The translations under genes were made by a program, and so were the position numbers. A DNA stretch of 64,000 nucleotides from a phage: NCBI GenBank assembly GCA_017676145.1, contig GCA_017676145.1_3628.1; one strand, written 5' to 3'. The notes beneath the pieces were generated by a model. It was not told where the DNA came from. It saw nothing but the letters and a program-made list of their open reading frames with translations, and made no database searches. Positions 54,642-64,000 of this stretch are shown here, piece by piece (the stretch's first letter is position 1; each line of letters begins with the position of its first letter).

Positions 54642-55218
54642 AGAAGTTGATAACTATATTGTCACCTTTCTGCATAGCATCAACCTTTTGCTTAATTTTA
54701 TAAAGATCTCGGATATGAAATCTACCCTTCGGAGATTGAGTTATTATTTTCATGGTATCCCCTGCGGCAATGGGTTTCCTAAGTCTTGGGGATATGTTTA
54801 TAACAGCGGCCCCAACACCATCACTTCGTACTGAGGCTGTCACCACTTTCAACTCATCATTGACAGATATTTTATCTCCAGCTCTGGCTATATCCCTGTT
54901 AGGCTCCCAACCAACCGTCTTCAAAAAATCGTCGTTACCAGTCGGTCCTAGAGCGATTGGCTCATTGGAGGTCACTGAATGCCCATAAGCCTTGATAAGA
55001 AAAATGTTTCCATCTTTGTAAACCTGATCAACAAAACTTTTAAGCTCTAACAACTGAGACTCGCTGATATTGGAAACCGTCAAAGTGCCTTTCCAATTAG
55101 GTGTGGCATAGGTTACTTTTTGCGTTTTACCTGTAAACGGGCTTTTAAACGTAACAATATCTGCCAACAACTCCAATCTAATGTCTGGAAGGTATCTAGG
55201 CCTTTCCCATAAAAACAT
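54628..55218 (-). CDS. Tail/baseplate-associated hypothetical protein
   Basis: 196-aa ORF in the late block. Confidence 0.45.
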   Translation of the reverse strand: MFLWERPRYLPDIRLELLADIVTFKSPFTGKTQKVTYATPNWKGTLTVSNISESQLLELKSFVDQVYKDGNIFLIKAYGHSVTSNEPIALGPTGNDDFLKTVGWEPNRDIARAGDKISVNDELKVVTASVRSDGVGAAVINISPRLRKPIAAGDTMKIITQSPKGRFHIRDLYKIKQKVDAMQKGDNIVINFFEDF

Positions 55219-55283
55219 TGTGCCTCCAGGTTAAACAATCATGATAATTATTTTACCAGATTTTAAGTTAATACGCAATATAA

Positions 55284-55310
55284 ACAAAAAGCCCCCGCCG
55301 AAGCGAGGGC
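55284..55310 (-). terminator. Rho-independent terminator (minus strand), TTCG-loop hairpin
   Basis: Minus strand reads gccctcgc-ttcg-gcgggggc followed by TTTTTG; directly after the stop of the 1268-aa fibre gene. Confidence 0.6.
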
Positions 55311-55317
55311 AAAACAG

Positions 55318-58300
55318 TTACTTCAATTTTCCTTGTAACTCGGTGACAACCTCTGTCAATTTTTTAACCTGTTCCTCAAGGGAGGTTATTCTATCATCTT
55401 GTTCTCTGCAAACCTGAACAAGCAATCCTGTTACAGCAGCATAGTCAACATTATAGAATCTTTCCTCGGTCATCAGAGGAATACCATCTTGAGTAGGACC
55501 AGGAACCTCTTTCCTTTTCACGAAAGAACCAACCGCTTCAGGTAATGCTTCCATAACCTCTTGAGCAATTACCCCCGCGTGAGGCATACCATTCTCTTTT
55601 AGAGTGTAGGTATAGCCTTTCATCTTACGGATAGCTTCCAGCGCGTTAGGAATAACCTCTATGTTATCCTTCAGGTCACGGTCAGAGCTCTGGCTGACAG
55701 CAGTGCACTCTACTACGCCGTTAACAGCAAGGTACCTTGACTTGGCCTCATCTGTCTTAGCACCACAATGCCATACCCAACTGGCAGATGTAGCGTTGTC
55801 GTTTATCTGGAACTCAAGCACGTTCTTCCTGTCTGCGCCATTACCCCAGTAGTACATTCTGCCTGTATTAGAAGGCATGTTGGAAGTGTTGGTAACATCA
55901 GTCCCACCACCTGTATGTATCATGAACTCCGGGTCAAGATTGGAGCCTGCGGTTTTAAGAGTAATTCCCTTACCACCAAGCTGCTGCCAAGGTCCCCATG
56001 TGAAAACACTACCTATTGTTGTTCCATAACGCAGGAATTTTTCCCCAAGATATGATATATACTCCTGTACGCAACTCTCTGGAACATTGGCGTAGTTCCT
56101 GTACACTATAAGCGTACCTGCTCGGGAGCATGGGTAGTTTCTATCAGGTGTGGCTTGAGCATTGGCCTCCTGATGATAAAAACCTTCCCTATCCCCTTTA
56201 TAGTCGTTAAGGTCATTAACCCCCAGACCTTGCCCTCTGTGTTGTATGACCTTGTTCCACGCTCTATGGTTACCACCCTCGATAGACCTGGTGTATAACT
56301 GATCAAGGCGACCAGCCATTTGGAAAGCATAGTTCCCAGAAAAAGCCACAGACAGTCCACCAACAACCATCGAACCTTCTGGTCCGTTGACGTTGCCAGC
56401 CATTATTTTGGACGGGTTATTAGGCCCAAACTGGTTGTTCCAGTCTGCACCAGTGTGGCATACAAAACCACCAGGAGCTGAGAAAGTGCCATCTTTGTTG
56501 AAGTTGTAGAATCTGTGAGCAGAACCTACAACATCACGAACAATAACTTGACCAGCCTCTGGAGTAGATCTGAACTCTGCCTGTCCTTGCAGTCTTGCGC
56601 CATTACCGCATTTAGAGGTAAAGGTATTGTTGATCAGATCCTCTGTTCCTTCCGATGCAGCTTGGAACCCTGCGTTAGAGAACAGTGCTTTTCTAGTGGT
56701 TTGGCTACCCGGGCAAATGTAGTTAAGACCGTTGTACCACATCTCTACAGGGGGCATTTCTGTCTTACTCATCAGAACCATTCGGTCAGGTGTGCCTATA
56801 TAGTGCCGATCTGTACTACCGCCTGTATAGAACCCAGGTGTTCCCTTGAACTCCGCAAGAGTCCTAGTGTTTGTTACATCATCACCTTTAATTGCAAGGC
56901 TTAAATTATCCGACGCAAGAGGGGCGCAAAACTTGACACCATCTTGGTTATTAGTAACATTTCCTACCTGCCAGTCATTTTCTCTGGTAAATACCTCAAG
57001 AACGTTTCTGCTTGTGTAGACACTGACAGGGAAAGCACGCGACTCAACATAGAATGCAACATACTCCTGCTTTCCTCTGGTTGGGGATACACATCCAAGA
57101 ATTGCTTTCTCGTTTTGGTAGAAATTAATAACCCCTTGGAAAGAATCCCCTCTGTCTGTCCACCCACCGGTTCTATAGTGACACTGTAAGGTCGCACAGT
57201 TCATAGGGTCACTGCCAGATGACGATCTGGTAACTATAGTAATATCAGTACCAGTTGTGGGCGCATAGTATGGATCTGTTCTAACGATGATTGGGTAGTA
57301 TTTCCCATCTTCCATTCCTGCAGTTCTTGGCAGTGTTAAGAAATCTTTTACGCCTGCCGCTACAGGAACTTTGAACAGATTCTGAGCATCTGCTAAAGTT
57401 GTAGCTCCAGTGCCACCTGCGGCCTGAGGTAAAGGTTCCCACTTGGCCTTCCGGTTGTTATAAACACCCCATTCCAGAGTACCATTACCGGACTCATCCA
57501 TCCCTCCATCCCAGACGACCATCTTGGCGGCTTTCTTGGAACCCCAGAATCCTCTTTCTGCCCCTGAACTACGAATCCATTCTCCAAGTCCCCAGTTTGT
57601 CAGCTGACCAGTGAGATCCCCGACCTGCATGTACTTAGGACAATCTAATACACCATCTTCACGGAATCCTAAATACCGATGAGTTTCAGATCCTTTTGCG
57701 CCTTTGTGCAGGTGGACTGTTAACCAAGTCTTATTGTCGTTTCTTACCTCGGAGTAGATCCTATACCCATGCTCAAGGACACCGTCAGCACTGTATTTGT
57801 CCCCGTTAACAATACCTGATGCCGACTTAACATCAGCAGAGCTTTGAGACAGGTAAAGGTGCCCGAAGGTAGGGGAATTTCTAGACCCAAGACCGATGTG
57901 CGATCTAAAAGTATCATCGTTACGAGGTCTGACCATTGGCTGCCATGCAGTCCACTGGTTTGTGTTGGCCTGATAGGTTCTTAAATACCAAACATCTACG
58001 TTAGAGAATGGATAGTATTCCTGACGACAGCCAGTGCCACCGTTAGCATTGTTCTGCCAAACAATCAAGTGACCAGCACCAGAACCTGCAGGATAACCAT
58101 TTGCCTCAGTTGCATTAGCTGTCATCGGCTGGTAGTATATGCCGTCCTGATTACCAGTCAAGTTATTGATATTGAAATTTGCCTCAAGGGCTGCACGTTG
58201 CTTATAGAAAGCACCGATATTGATACGGACTCCAGCGGCATCTCTGGCTCCTGTACCGCCTTGCTCTATAGCAAGAGGTTGCCACGAGGCTGTTTGCTGG

Positions 58301-59124
58301 TTCCACATACCCCAACGGCCTGTTGCATCAAGCTGCAAGTACCCTGCCGTGTTTAAATCATCTCCAGCACGGATAACTGTTCTTGTTGGGTTGTTTGCCT
58401 CCAGGCGTTTAAATTCATCACGAAGTGCTATTCTTTTTGTTGTTGCTACACCGTTGGTTACTGCAATGGTATACATGGCTCCAGAGGTAGCGCCACGGAA
58501 AATACCATCAACAGTCGTAGTATCACGACGAGATACCACACCGTTCAAAAATTTTTCACCAGCTGCTTCAGAGGGGTAGTTAGTAGTTCTTCCCTCTTCA
58601 ATAACTGCAGGACCAACAAAGTTGACAAGGTGAATAACATCGCCTACAGTATGCACTGTACCAAAATCTACCCGCTGTGCAAGTGCTTTAGCATCGTTGG
58701 CTGTCTGAACCGTAACATCCATTACATCCTGGACAGACTGCCCTTCGGCTGTCATGATCATAGATGCGCCAATGGTAGACTCCAACTCCTCCCTTAAGGA
58801 CGGGTCTGTATATACCATCCATGCAGCATCAGTAATCCCACCATCAGAGTACGGTGAAGACAGTGCAGGCACAGTGTGTGGAAATTCGCCTTTCCAACGC
58901 AGGTAGAGGTCTTCCTCTTCGAAGTAGGCAAAATCCATTGGGCCGTTTAACTTACCACCTTCCTTAAAGGAGATTACATGAGAAACAGTCCCATCCACAT
59001 GGACAACATCGCCAATTTTTACACGACGGGTCAGGTCTGGTTGTTGAACAACCAGGTAATCATCCTCTGTCACTGCGGTAGTGGCAGGAAGAGATTCAAT
59101 TCTGACAACTTTAATATCAGCCAT
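55318..59124 (-). CDS. L-shaped-tail-fibre-like protein with C-terminal intramolecular chaperone (peptidase S74) domain
   Basis: 1268 aa; C-terminus SQSSDRDLKDNIEVIPNALEAIRKMKGYTYTLKENG...LEEQVKKLTEVVTELQGKLK matches the self-cleaving chaperone domain (Ser...Lys dyad, SDxxLK) of T5 pb1 and endosialidases; N-terminal domain paralogous to the 61759-62427 product. Confidence 0.7.
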   Translation of the reverse strand: MADIKVVRIESLPATTAVTEDDYLVVQQPDLTRRVKIGDVVHVDGTVSHVISFKEGGKLNGPMDFAYFEEEDLYLRWKGEFPHTVPALSSPYSDGGITDAAWMVYTDPSLREELESTIGASMIMTAEGQSVQDVMDVTVQTANDAKALAQRVDFGTVHTVGDVIHLVNFVGPAVIEEGRTTNYPSEAAGEKFLNGVVSRRDTTTVDGIFRGATSGAMYTIAVTNGVATTKRIALRDEFKRLEANNPTRTVIRAGDDLNTAGYLQLDATGRWGMWNQQTASWQPLAIEQGGTGARDAAGVRINIGAFYKQRAALEANFNINNLTGNQDGIYYQPMTANATEANGYPAGSGAGHLIVWQNNANGGTGCRQEYYPFSNVDVWYLRTYQANTNQWTAWQPMVRPRNDDTFRSHIGLGSRNSPTFGHLYLSQSSADVKSASGIVNGDKYSADGVLEHGYRIYSEVRNDNKTWLTVHLHKGAKGSETHRYLGFREDGVLDCPKYMQVGDLTGQLTNWGLGEWIRSSGAERGFWGSKKAAKMVVWDGGMDESGNGTLEWGVYNNRKAKWEPLPQAAGGTGATTLADAQNLFKVPVAAGVKDFLTLPRTAGMEDGKYYPIIVRTDPYYAPTTGTDITIVTRSSSGSDPMNCATLQCHYRTGGWTDRGDSFQGVINFYQNEKAILGCVSPTRGKQEYVAFYVESRAFPVSVYTSRNVLEVFTRENDWQVGNVTNNQDGVKFCAPLASDNLSLAIKGDDVTNTRTLAEFKGTPGFYTGGSTDRHYIGTPDRMVLMSKTEMPPVEMWYNGLNYICPGSQTTRKALFSNAGFQAASEGTEDLINNTFTSKCGNGARLQGQAEFRSTPEAGQVIVRDVVGSAHRFYNFNKDGTFSAPGGFVCHTGADWNNQFGPNNPSKIMAGNVNGPEGSMVVGGLSVAFSGNYAFQMAGRLDQLYTRSIEGGNHRAWNKVIQHRGQGLGVNDLNDYKGDREGFYHQEANAQATPDRNYPCSRAGTLIVYRNYANVPESCVQEYISYLGEKFLRYGTTIGSVFTWGPWQQLGGKGITLKTAGSNLDPEFMIHTGGGTDVTNTSNMPSNTGRMYYWGNGADRKNVLEFQINDNATSASWVWHCGAKTDEAKSRYLAVNGVVECTAVSQSSDRDLKDNIEVIPNALEAIRKMKGYTYTLKENGMPHAGVIAQEVMEALPEAVGSFVKRKEVPGPTQDGIPLMTEERFYNVDYAAVTGLLVQVCREQDDRITSLEEQVKKLTEVVTELQGKLK

Positions 59125-59136
59125 TCTTTCTCCTGA

Positions 59137-59155
59137 AAGGGGGCAAACAGCCCCC
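59137..59155 (-). terminator. Stem-loop between tailspike and fibre genes
   Basis: ggggg-caaacag-ccccc hairpin; on the minus strand followed by TTT and the AGGAGA RBS of the fibre gene. Confidence 0.35.
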
Positions 59156-59159
59156 TATG

Positions 59160-61757
59160 TTAAAGGTACAATCCACGGTATTGAGCATAAAGTCCCAGAC
59201 CGCGAAGGATTTCGCCAGAGTGATAGCCTACCGGATCAGAAACTGCCCAGCAGCCGTTTAAAACATTATCCCCGTTAATGAAGTGGTGCTTTTGCAGTAA
59301 CTTCACACAGGCTTCTACAACAATATCTATTTGAGGTATTGTCTCTGAATACCCGCAAAGACCTAGCCAGCAGCAACCTGCAAGCCATTCACCTACCACC
59401 CACATCCTGTCACCTCTGTCTTGATAAGAATATCCTCCTGAGGTGTTAAAGTCTGTAGGGAGATTTCCGGAATGAGATGACTGGAATCTGTTGAGGAACC
59501 ATGCCCATTTCTGGCAGAACAGGAACAGTCTTTCGTCAACAGGTTCTTTATGTTTCTTAAGCTCATATAGTGTGCGGCACGCAGCAACAAAGGCTCTTGA
59601 TTGGAGTTTAGAGTTATCTACCATCTCCCACCAACCAGTCAACCCTTCATTACCCCTCTGCCATACGTAGCGGGATGCAACTGGTCCTTCTGTTTTAAAT
59701 GTGTTATTATACCAAACTTGGGAGTCGTACATAAATCCAATTGTATTTGCCAATCTTTGACGATCTATGTTTTCCGCACCCATACAGTAGACTACCGGAT
59801 ATTGCATTCCGGGATAGGGCCAATTTGGCCTTTCCTCTAGAAGATAATTTTCCTTATCTATCACCTTTCCGGCAGGGAACACACCTGGAGTGTGTCTGTA
59901 TGCGCCTTGCTTGTAGTTTCTGACATAGCAATCACCAACCTTGGCGGTTGATTCTGTCTTGCTTGCCATCCATACACTAAACCAGATCAGATAAGCATCC
60001 CTATCTGCAACATAAAATTGCGGCAGCGTGTTGACGCAATACAGATCGAACAAGCCATTACCTATCTGCCTGTCGCTCAGACTGAAATCTACAGAGGTAA
60101 TTCCTTTAGGGTTGGCAAAGAAAGGTTTAATCTCATCTTCTGTGTGATGAGGTTGTGTTGGATCTAGTTTAAAATCACCTAGGGTAAGAGTTTCTGTTAT
60201 CCATTGTCCGTTAGTGGCATATAGATCAGCATACCATAACCAACGGTCTTTGTCAAGAAATTTGACCCTTACCATCTCATCATCTGATCGATAAGTTACT
60301 GAATTTAAAGAAATCTCTCTTCCAAAATTGAAAGTTACTTTGCCTCTTACTATGTTGCAACGGGTGAAGTTGTCGGAGTGGTTGTAAATGTCGGTATCAT
60401 ACTGCATACTAACACTAGCGCCACCGCTTACGGCAATGTTTTCCTCTTTTGGCAAGAGATACGGGTTACCGTCTTTACCAACCACCTCTACGAAATCAGT
60501 AACTTTGGCAACTGTCTCTGTTACTTCTGACCCTCCAAAAGGGACCCCTATCCTATACTGTTTTTTGTTATTGTTGCCATCATTAAGGATGAAATGTGGC
60601 TGGAACAGAACCCCCTCTCCTCCGAAATTCATAACAATTTCAGCATCTCTGCCTATCTTGTATGTAGTCCCTTTTTGGATTATTTCGCAAGGCTGGCGTG
60701 CGTTCATTCTAAAATTGATATACCCGTCGCTGTCCCTACTCATGACAGGAACTGTTCCTGCAACGAGACAAGTACCATCTGTGAACGGTGCCTTAATCAA
60801 CGTGGTCTTTCTAAACAACTTGTCGTAGGCATTTATATCACTGAAATTAAGCAACTTGTTGTAAGACTGTTTAAACGCGGTGTAATACTTTTCCTCGCCT
60901 GTCAAAGTGTAGAGTTGATAACAAGCGTCACACCACATTTCTTCCCCGTCCAACTCTGGGGCTTGATTGTCTGCAACCACATTTATAGGGTTTACAATTA
61001 CAGGGGATCCAGCAGGTATCACCGATCCACCCTGCTCTTGTGGCAATCTCACACAGTAGGTTACCTTGTGGCTGCCTGTAACACCCTTATCCTGCAGTTG
61101 GATTGTGCCGAACTCTGCAGACGTATGACCACTGTCGGCTATGCTACCGTTGGCCCAATAGCGGTTACCATCCCATGCTATATACCACTCAACCCACCAA
61201 CTTAATCCAGATGTTGTCCAATTTGGGTTAGCATCCGTGCCGCCGTAAACATCAGAGTCTACAGTGTTTCTTCCTAGCACACCGTTATACGCTTGAAATG
61301 CCTTGTCTAGGTATTCACCCCATGTCGGAGATCCAGCTGGGATTTTTCCTCTACCATTGGTAAAAGACACCACTACATCTTTAAACCCACCATGTGATGG
61401 GACCCCGTCTGTAGATAATGGGTAGTGGGACAATCTTTGCATTTTACTTTCTACTGCATATGCACCCAGAAGATGACTGTTGTAGGCTTCCCAGGCTTCT
61501 TTGGCCCTATCTAGATAAAAATCGCTTTTCGATGCCCTGTATGCTTCAATGTATCCCAGAATCAACACAGCCTGAGCTTCATGCATTGCCCAATCATTAT
61601 TTATCTTACTCCCTGACCAACCTGACGCTATAAGTCCATCCTGGTTTACCAGCTTGTTCTGCGTGGAGAGATTGGTAATGCCTGTGTTATTATCGAGGCA
61701 CTTCCTGTGCCCCTCAATCATCTGAAATACGTTATCAATGTTGTGTTGAATACGCAT
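59160..61757 (-). CDS. Tailspike-like protein with putative glycan depolymerase domain
   Basis: 865 aa; Trp/Tyr-rich (HEAQAVLILGYIEAYRASKSDFYLDRAKEAWEAY, WWVEWYIAWDGNRYW) consistent with a carbohydrate-active fold; starts 1 nt after the stop of the anchor-domain gene, with its own GGAG RBS. Confidence 0.5.
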   Translation of the reverse strand: MRIQHNIDNVFQMIEGHRKCLDNNTGITNLSTQNKLVNQDGLIASGWSGSKINNDWAMHEAQAVLILGYIEAYRASKSDFYLDRAKEAWEAYNSHLLGAYAVESKMQRLSHYPLSTDGVPSHGGFKDVVVSFTNGRGKIPAGSPTWGEYLDKAFQAYNGVLGRNTVDSDVYGGTDANPNWTTSGLSWWVEWYIAWDGNRYWANGSIADSGHTSAEFGTIQLQDKGVTGSHKVTYCVRLPQEQGGSVIPAGSPVIVNPINVVADNQAPELDGEEMWCDACYQLYTLTGEEKYYTAFKQSYNKLLNFSDINAYDKLFRKTTLIKAPFTDGTCLVAGTVPVMSRDSDGYINFRMNARQPCEIIQKGTTYKIGRDAEIVMNFGGEGVLFQPHFILNDGNNNKKQYRIGVPFGGSEVTETVAKVTDFVEVVGKDGNPYLLPKEENIAVSGGASVSMQYDTDIYNHSDNFTRCNIVRGKVTFNFGREISLNSVTYRSDDEMVRVKFLDKDRWLWYADLYATNGQWITETLTLGDFKLDPTQPHHTEDEIKPFFANPKGITSVDFSLSDRQIGNGLFDLYCVNTLPQFYVADRDAYLIWFSVWMASKTESTAKVGDCYVRNYKQGAYRHTPGVFPAGKVIDKENYLLEERPNWPYPGMQYPVVYCMGAENIDRQRLANTIGFMYDSQVWYNNTFKTEGPVASRYVWQRGNEGLTGWWEMVDNSKLQSRAFVAACRTLYELKKHKEPVDERLFLFCQKWAWFLNRFQSSHSGNLPTDFNTSGGYSYQDRGDRMWVVGEWLAGCCWLGLCGYSETIPQIDIVVEACVKLLQKHHFINGDNVLNGCWAVSDPVGYHSGEILRGLGLYAQYRGLYL

Positions 61758-61758
61758 C

Positions 61759-62427
61759 TTAGATAGCTCCTGCTATAATCAGTGCCCCGTACCAAGTTAA
61801 CCCGTTGTCGTAGGTTTCTAACTTGAAAATATCTGTTGCACCAGCTGTAAATGTTAGGATAGGATCTCTTCCGTATGCCCATTTAACATTATCAGGCCAA
61901 TAGACTTTGTTACCGCCAGAGGTCTGAGTAATGCATACGGTTATAGTTCTCGCTACCCCTTCAAGACCTTCTGTCTGATTTTCAAAAGAGATTGTGGTAT
62001 TTGAAGTTAGTCGAACTTTAAAAGTGTCCGCAACTTCAAGATCCATATCAAGCTGACCACCAATAGATCCGTAATCAACTATTCTGCCAGAAGAAGTTGC
62101 AGCAAGCTCCCCAAAAACAGACCAGGCTTTTGCAGACACACCCCCAGCACCCTCTACAGTAGAGTCTGGGAGGATTATTTTAGGATAATCCCCGTTCCAC
62201 GTGTAGTAGCGCTTAGTTTCTGGATCATAAGCAAAGTCCTTCTTGCTCTTAAGATAACCACCCTCTGTGAAATAGACTATCTTAGTAATGCTAAGATCGT
62301 TGACAACATCGTCAATCTTAGCCTTTCTTGTCCCATCAGTCTGGTTGACAACCAAGAAGTCATCACTCAGGACTGTTTCTGCATCTTCAAGATCTGGAAT
62401 TGGTATTGTAGGATAAGCTACAGCCAT
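61759..62427 (-). CDS. Tail fibre/tailspike N-terminal anchor (adaptor) domain protein
   Basis: 222 aa; N-terminus DFLVVNQTDGTRKAKIDDVV...YFTEGGYLKSKKDFAY parallels DYLVVQQPDLTRRVKIGDVV...SFKEGGKLNGPMDFAY of the 55318-59124 product. Confidence 0.55.
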   Translation of the reverse strand: MAVAYPTIPIPDLEDAETVLSDDFLVVNQTDGTRKAKIDDVVNDLSITKIVYFTEGGYLKSKKDFAYDPETKRYYTWNGDYPKIILPDSTVEGAGGVSAKAWSVFGELAATSSGRIVDYGSIGGQLDMDLEVADTFKVRLTSNTTISFENQTEGLEGVARTITVCITQTSGGNKVYWPDNVKWAYGRDPILTFTAGATDIFKLETYDNGLTWYGALIIAGAI

Positions 62428-62436
62428 GATTTCTCC

Positions 62437-63153
62437 TTAGTTAACATCAATAGCACGACCAGACTGGTTGGCAATAGCCTCATCATTAGAGGTAGCAATA
62501 ACACCAGAGTATTCGCGCTCATCTGGAGCAAGCGTCCAGGTATTGCGGTTAATGGTTTGTTCTGCCTCGGTCATCAGTAGATCTTTATCCTGAGTCAACA
62601 GAGAGCCTACAGGGATTGGGTTTTCCATCTCAGGACCAGCATACTGGTTCCACCATGTGGCATCCCCGGTTCTAGGCAACCTGAAGTTGATCAGGTAGTA
62701 CAGCTTATTAGCCCACTTAATCCAGCCTTCATCATCACAGAGAGAAGTTGTCCCAGCATCAGGTTGTGGATAGGTAAACTGATCAAGACCTACGAAAGCA
62801 AGTCTTACAATCTCGTTCTCCTTGGTAACAACCTCGAAGAACGCTTGATATGTTCTCGATCTTCGATCCATGGTAGATTGGAAGTTTATGATGTTTAGCA
62901 CATCCGGCTCTTGTCTTGCCACTTCCATAATCTTGTTATCAAGAACAGTCTTCATGACCTTCTTGCTAAGAAAGTCCATATAAGGGAAGCCAAACAATTC
63001 GTCAAAGTACCAGCTCCCTTTCCAGGTATTAAACCTCATCCACAGGCGCTGGCGCAGACTTACCTGGTTTGAGTCTATCAACTCAAGACCTTTGTCTATC
63101 GCCAAATCGCCTGTCTGTGGGTCCATCAATATATCACTATAAAGCGTAGCCAT
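62437..63153 (-). CDS. Putative baseplate wedge protein
   Basis: 238 aa; N-terminus MATLYSDILMDPQTGDLAIDKGLELIDSNQVSLRQRLWMRF resembles gp25/W-like baseplate proteins; position between spike and fibre genes. Confidence 0.4.
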   Translation of the reverse strand: MATLYSDILMDPQTGDLAIDKGLELIDSNQVSLRQRLWMRFNTWKGSWYFDELFGFPYMDFLSKKVMKTVLDNKIMEVARQEPDVLNIINFQSTMDRRSRTYQAFFEVVTKENEIVRLAFVGLDQFTYPQPDAGTTSLCDDEGWIKWANKLYYLINFRLPRTGDATWWNQYAGPEMENPIPVGSLLTQDKDLLMTEAEQTINRNTWTLAPDEREYSGVIATSNDEAIANQSGRAIDVN

Positions 63154-63165
63154 GCAAGCCCTCTA

Positions 63166-63843
63166 TTAGTGCGGTCCACTTGTCTCACCATCAGGGCAAG
63201 AGTGGGTATGACCTTTATATTCTGCATAGAATGAGTCCAAATCCACACCAGCAGCAGTTATGATTCTACCCGATGGGTCTATTGTGGCACCATTCATTCT
63301 AATATTTCCATCCACAGCAGCTCGTAAATTGGCAGCTCCGTTGGTGAAAGAAAACTCCCCGCTACTGTCGCACCGTAATGTCCCACCAGGTGTTTGAAGC
63401 TCAAAATCACCAGAAGGTGTCAGCTTAAAATAAACCCTATCATTCCATAACTCTACATTATCAGGATCGATCTGCAGAGCATTAGAGTCTGAATGAACAG
63501 AGGTTATTGCCCACCCCGGAAACAGGCCGTGAGTTTGTTGATCATCGTTATTGTTTTCATTTCTCTCTGAAAACTGCAACCCTACAACATCTCCAGCCTT
63601 AATAGGGAGTGTTAACCTTGCCTTCCCACTGTTTGCAGACATCACCTGGATTGGCACATCATAGATAAGAGGGTATCTCTCAACATCTCCGTCATCAAAC
63701 GTGGTTTCAGCTATTGGCTGCACGGCTGCGGAAGGGATACTGTAATCTACGCTGACAACTCTAGCCCTGATACTGGTGTGGTAGTCCCTCATTATTTTTT
63801 CTATAAAGGATCTTACGGCAGCATCTTTCCTATTTATTGCCAT
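63166..63843 (-). CDS. Putative baseplate central spike protein (gpV / gp138-like)
   Basis: 225 aa; C-terminal YKGHTHSCPDGETSGPH contains an HxH motif like the metal-binding apex of spike proteins; upstream of the baseplate wedge gene. Confidence 0.45.
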   Translation of the reverse strand: MAINRKDAAVRSFIEKIMRDYHTSIRARVVSVDYSIPSAAVQPIAETTFDDGDVERYPLIYDVPIQVMSANSGKARLTLPIKAGDVVGLQFSERNENNNDDQQTHGLFPGWAITSVHSDSNALQIDPDNVELWNDRVYFKLTPSGDFELQTPGGTLRCDSSGEFSFTNGAANLRAAVDGNIRMNGATIDPSGRIITAAGVDLDSFYAEYKGHTHSCPDGETSGPH

Positions 63844-64000
63844 TATACCTCCTCAGTTTTGTCAACAACTCCACCTATTGTTTCCCCAAGGCCAAGCTCT
63901 GTAGTGTAATCACCGCCCTCTATGGTGCCCTTATGGTGCACCGTGATCACCTTATAGAAGCCTGTGTATTGCCTGCTTTTAAGATAAATGGTGGACTCTG
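63843..64000 (-). CDS. Structural protein, 5'-truncated by the window edge (C-terminal ~52 aa only)
   Basis: Open frame on the minus strand ending in TAA that overlaps the next ATG (TAATG); C-terminus ...HHKGTIEGGDYTTELGLGETIGGVVDKTEEV. Confidence 0.4.
   Translation of the reverse strand, partial: ESTIYLKSRQYTGFYKVITVHHKGTIEGGDYTTELGLGETIGGVVDKTEEV

Noticed and set aside
61751-61765. Programmed frameshift or pseudogene split between the anchor-domain ORF and the tailspike ORF
   Set aside because: The junction reads GGAG-N9-TAA-G-ATG: a normal stop followed one nucleotide later by an ATG with a well-spaced RBS, so two coupled genes is the simpler reading
1-64000. Integrase, repressor or transposase indicating a prophage or mobile island
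   Set aside because: No tyrosine or serine recombinase, DDE transposase or CI-like repressor motif was seen; the content is consistent with a virulent phage

Overview
The window is a gene-dense segment of a large virulent tailed dsDNA phage genome, probably an enterobacterial myovirus with a T7-like replisome and a multivalent tail-fibre apparatus. All function calls rest on motifs read by eye from the supplied translations; no database search or folding program was run. Three transcription blocks are visible. (i) About 0.7-27.4 kb, minus strand: early and replication genes, including a macro-domain protein, SSB-like protein, HNH homing endonuclease, family A DNA polymerase, gp4-like primase-helicase, a compact C5-methyltransferase-like protein, Dda-like helicase, an rIIA/rIIB-like pair, a secreted SleB-like hydrolase and a MoxR-type AAA+ ATPase. 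(ii) 27.5-34.6 kb, plus strand: the only plus-strand operon, holding an HExxH + vWA protein, four tandem 87-aa paralogs and a HAD phosphatase, and ending at a bidirectional terminator. This block together with the MoxR ATPase is my best candidate for an undescribed accessory or anti-defence system. (iii) 34.6-64 kb, minus strand: late baseplate and tail-fibre genes with at least six fibre or spike proteins. The first 696 bp are non-coding and repeat-rich. No integrase, repressor, tRNA, rRNA or CRISPR array was found.
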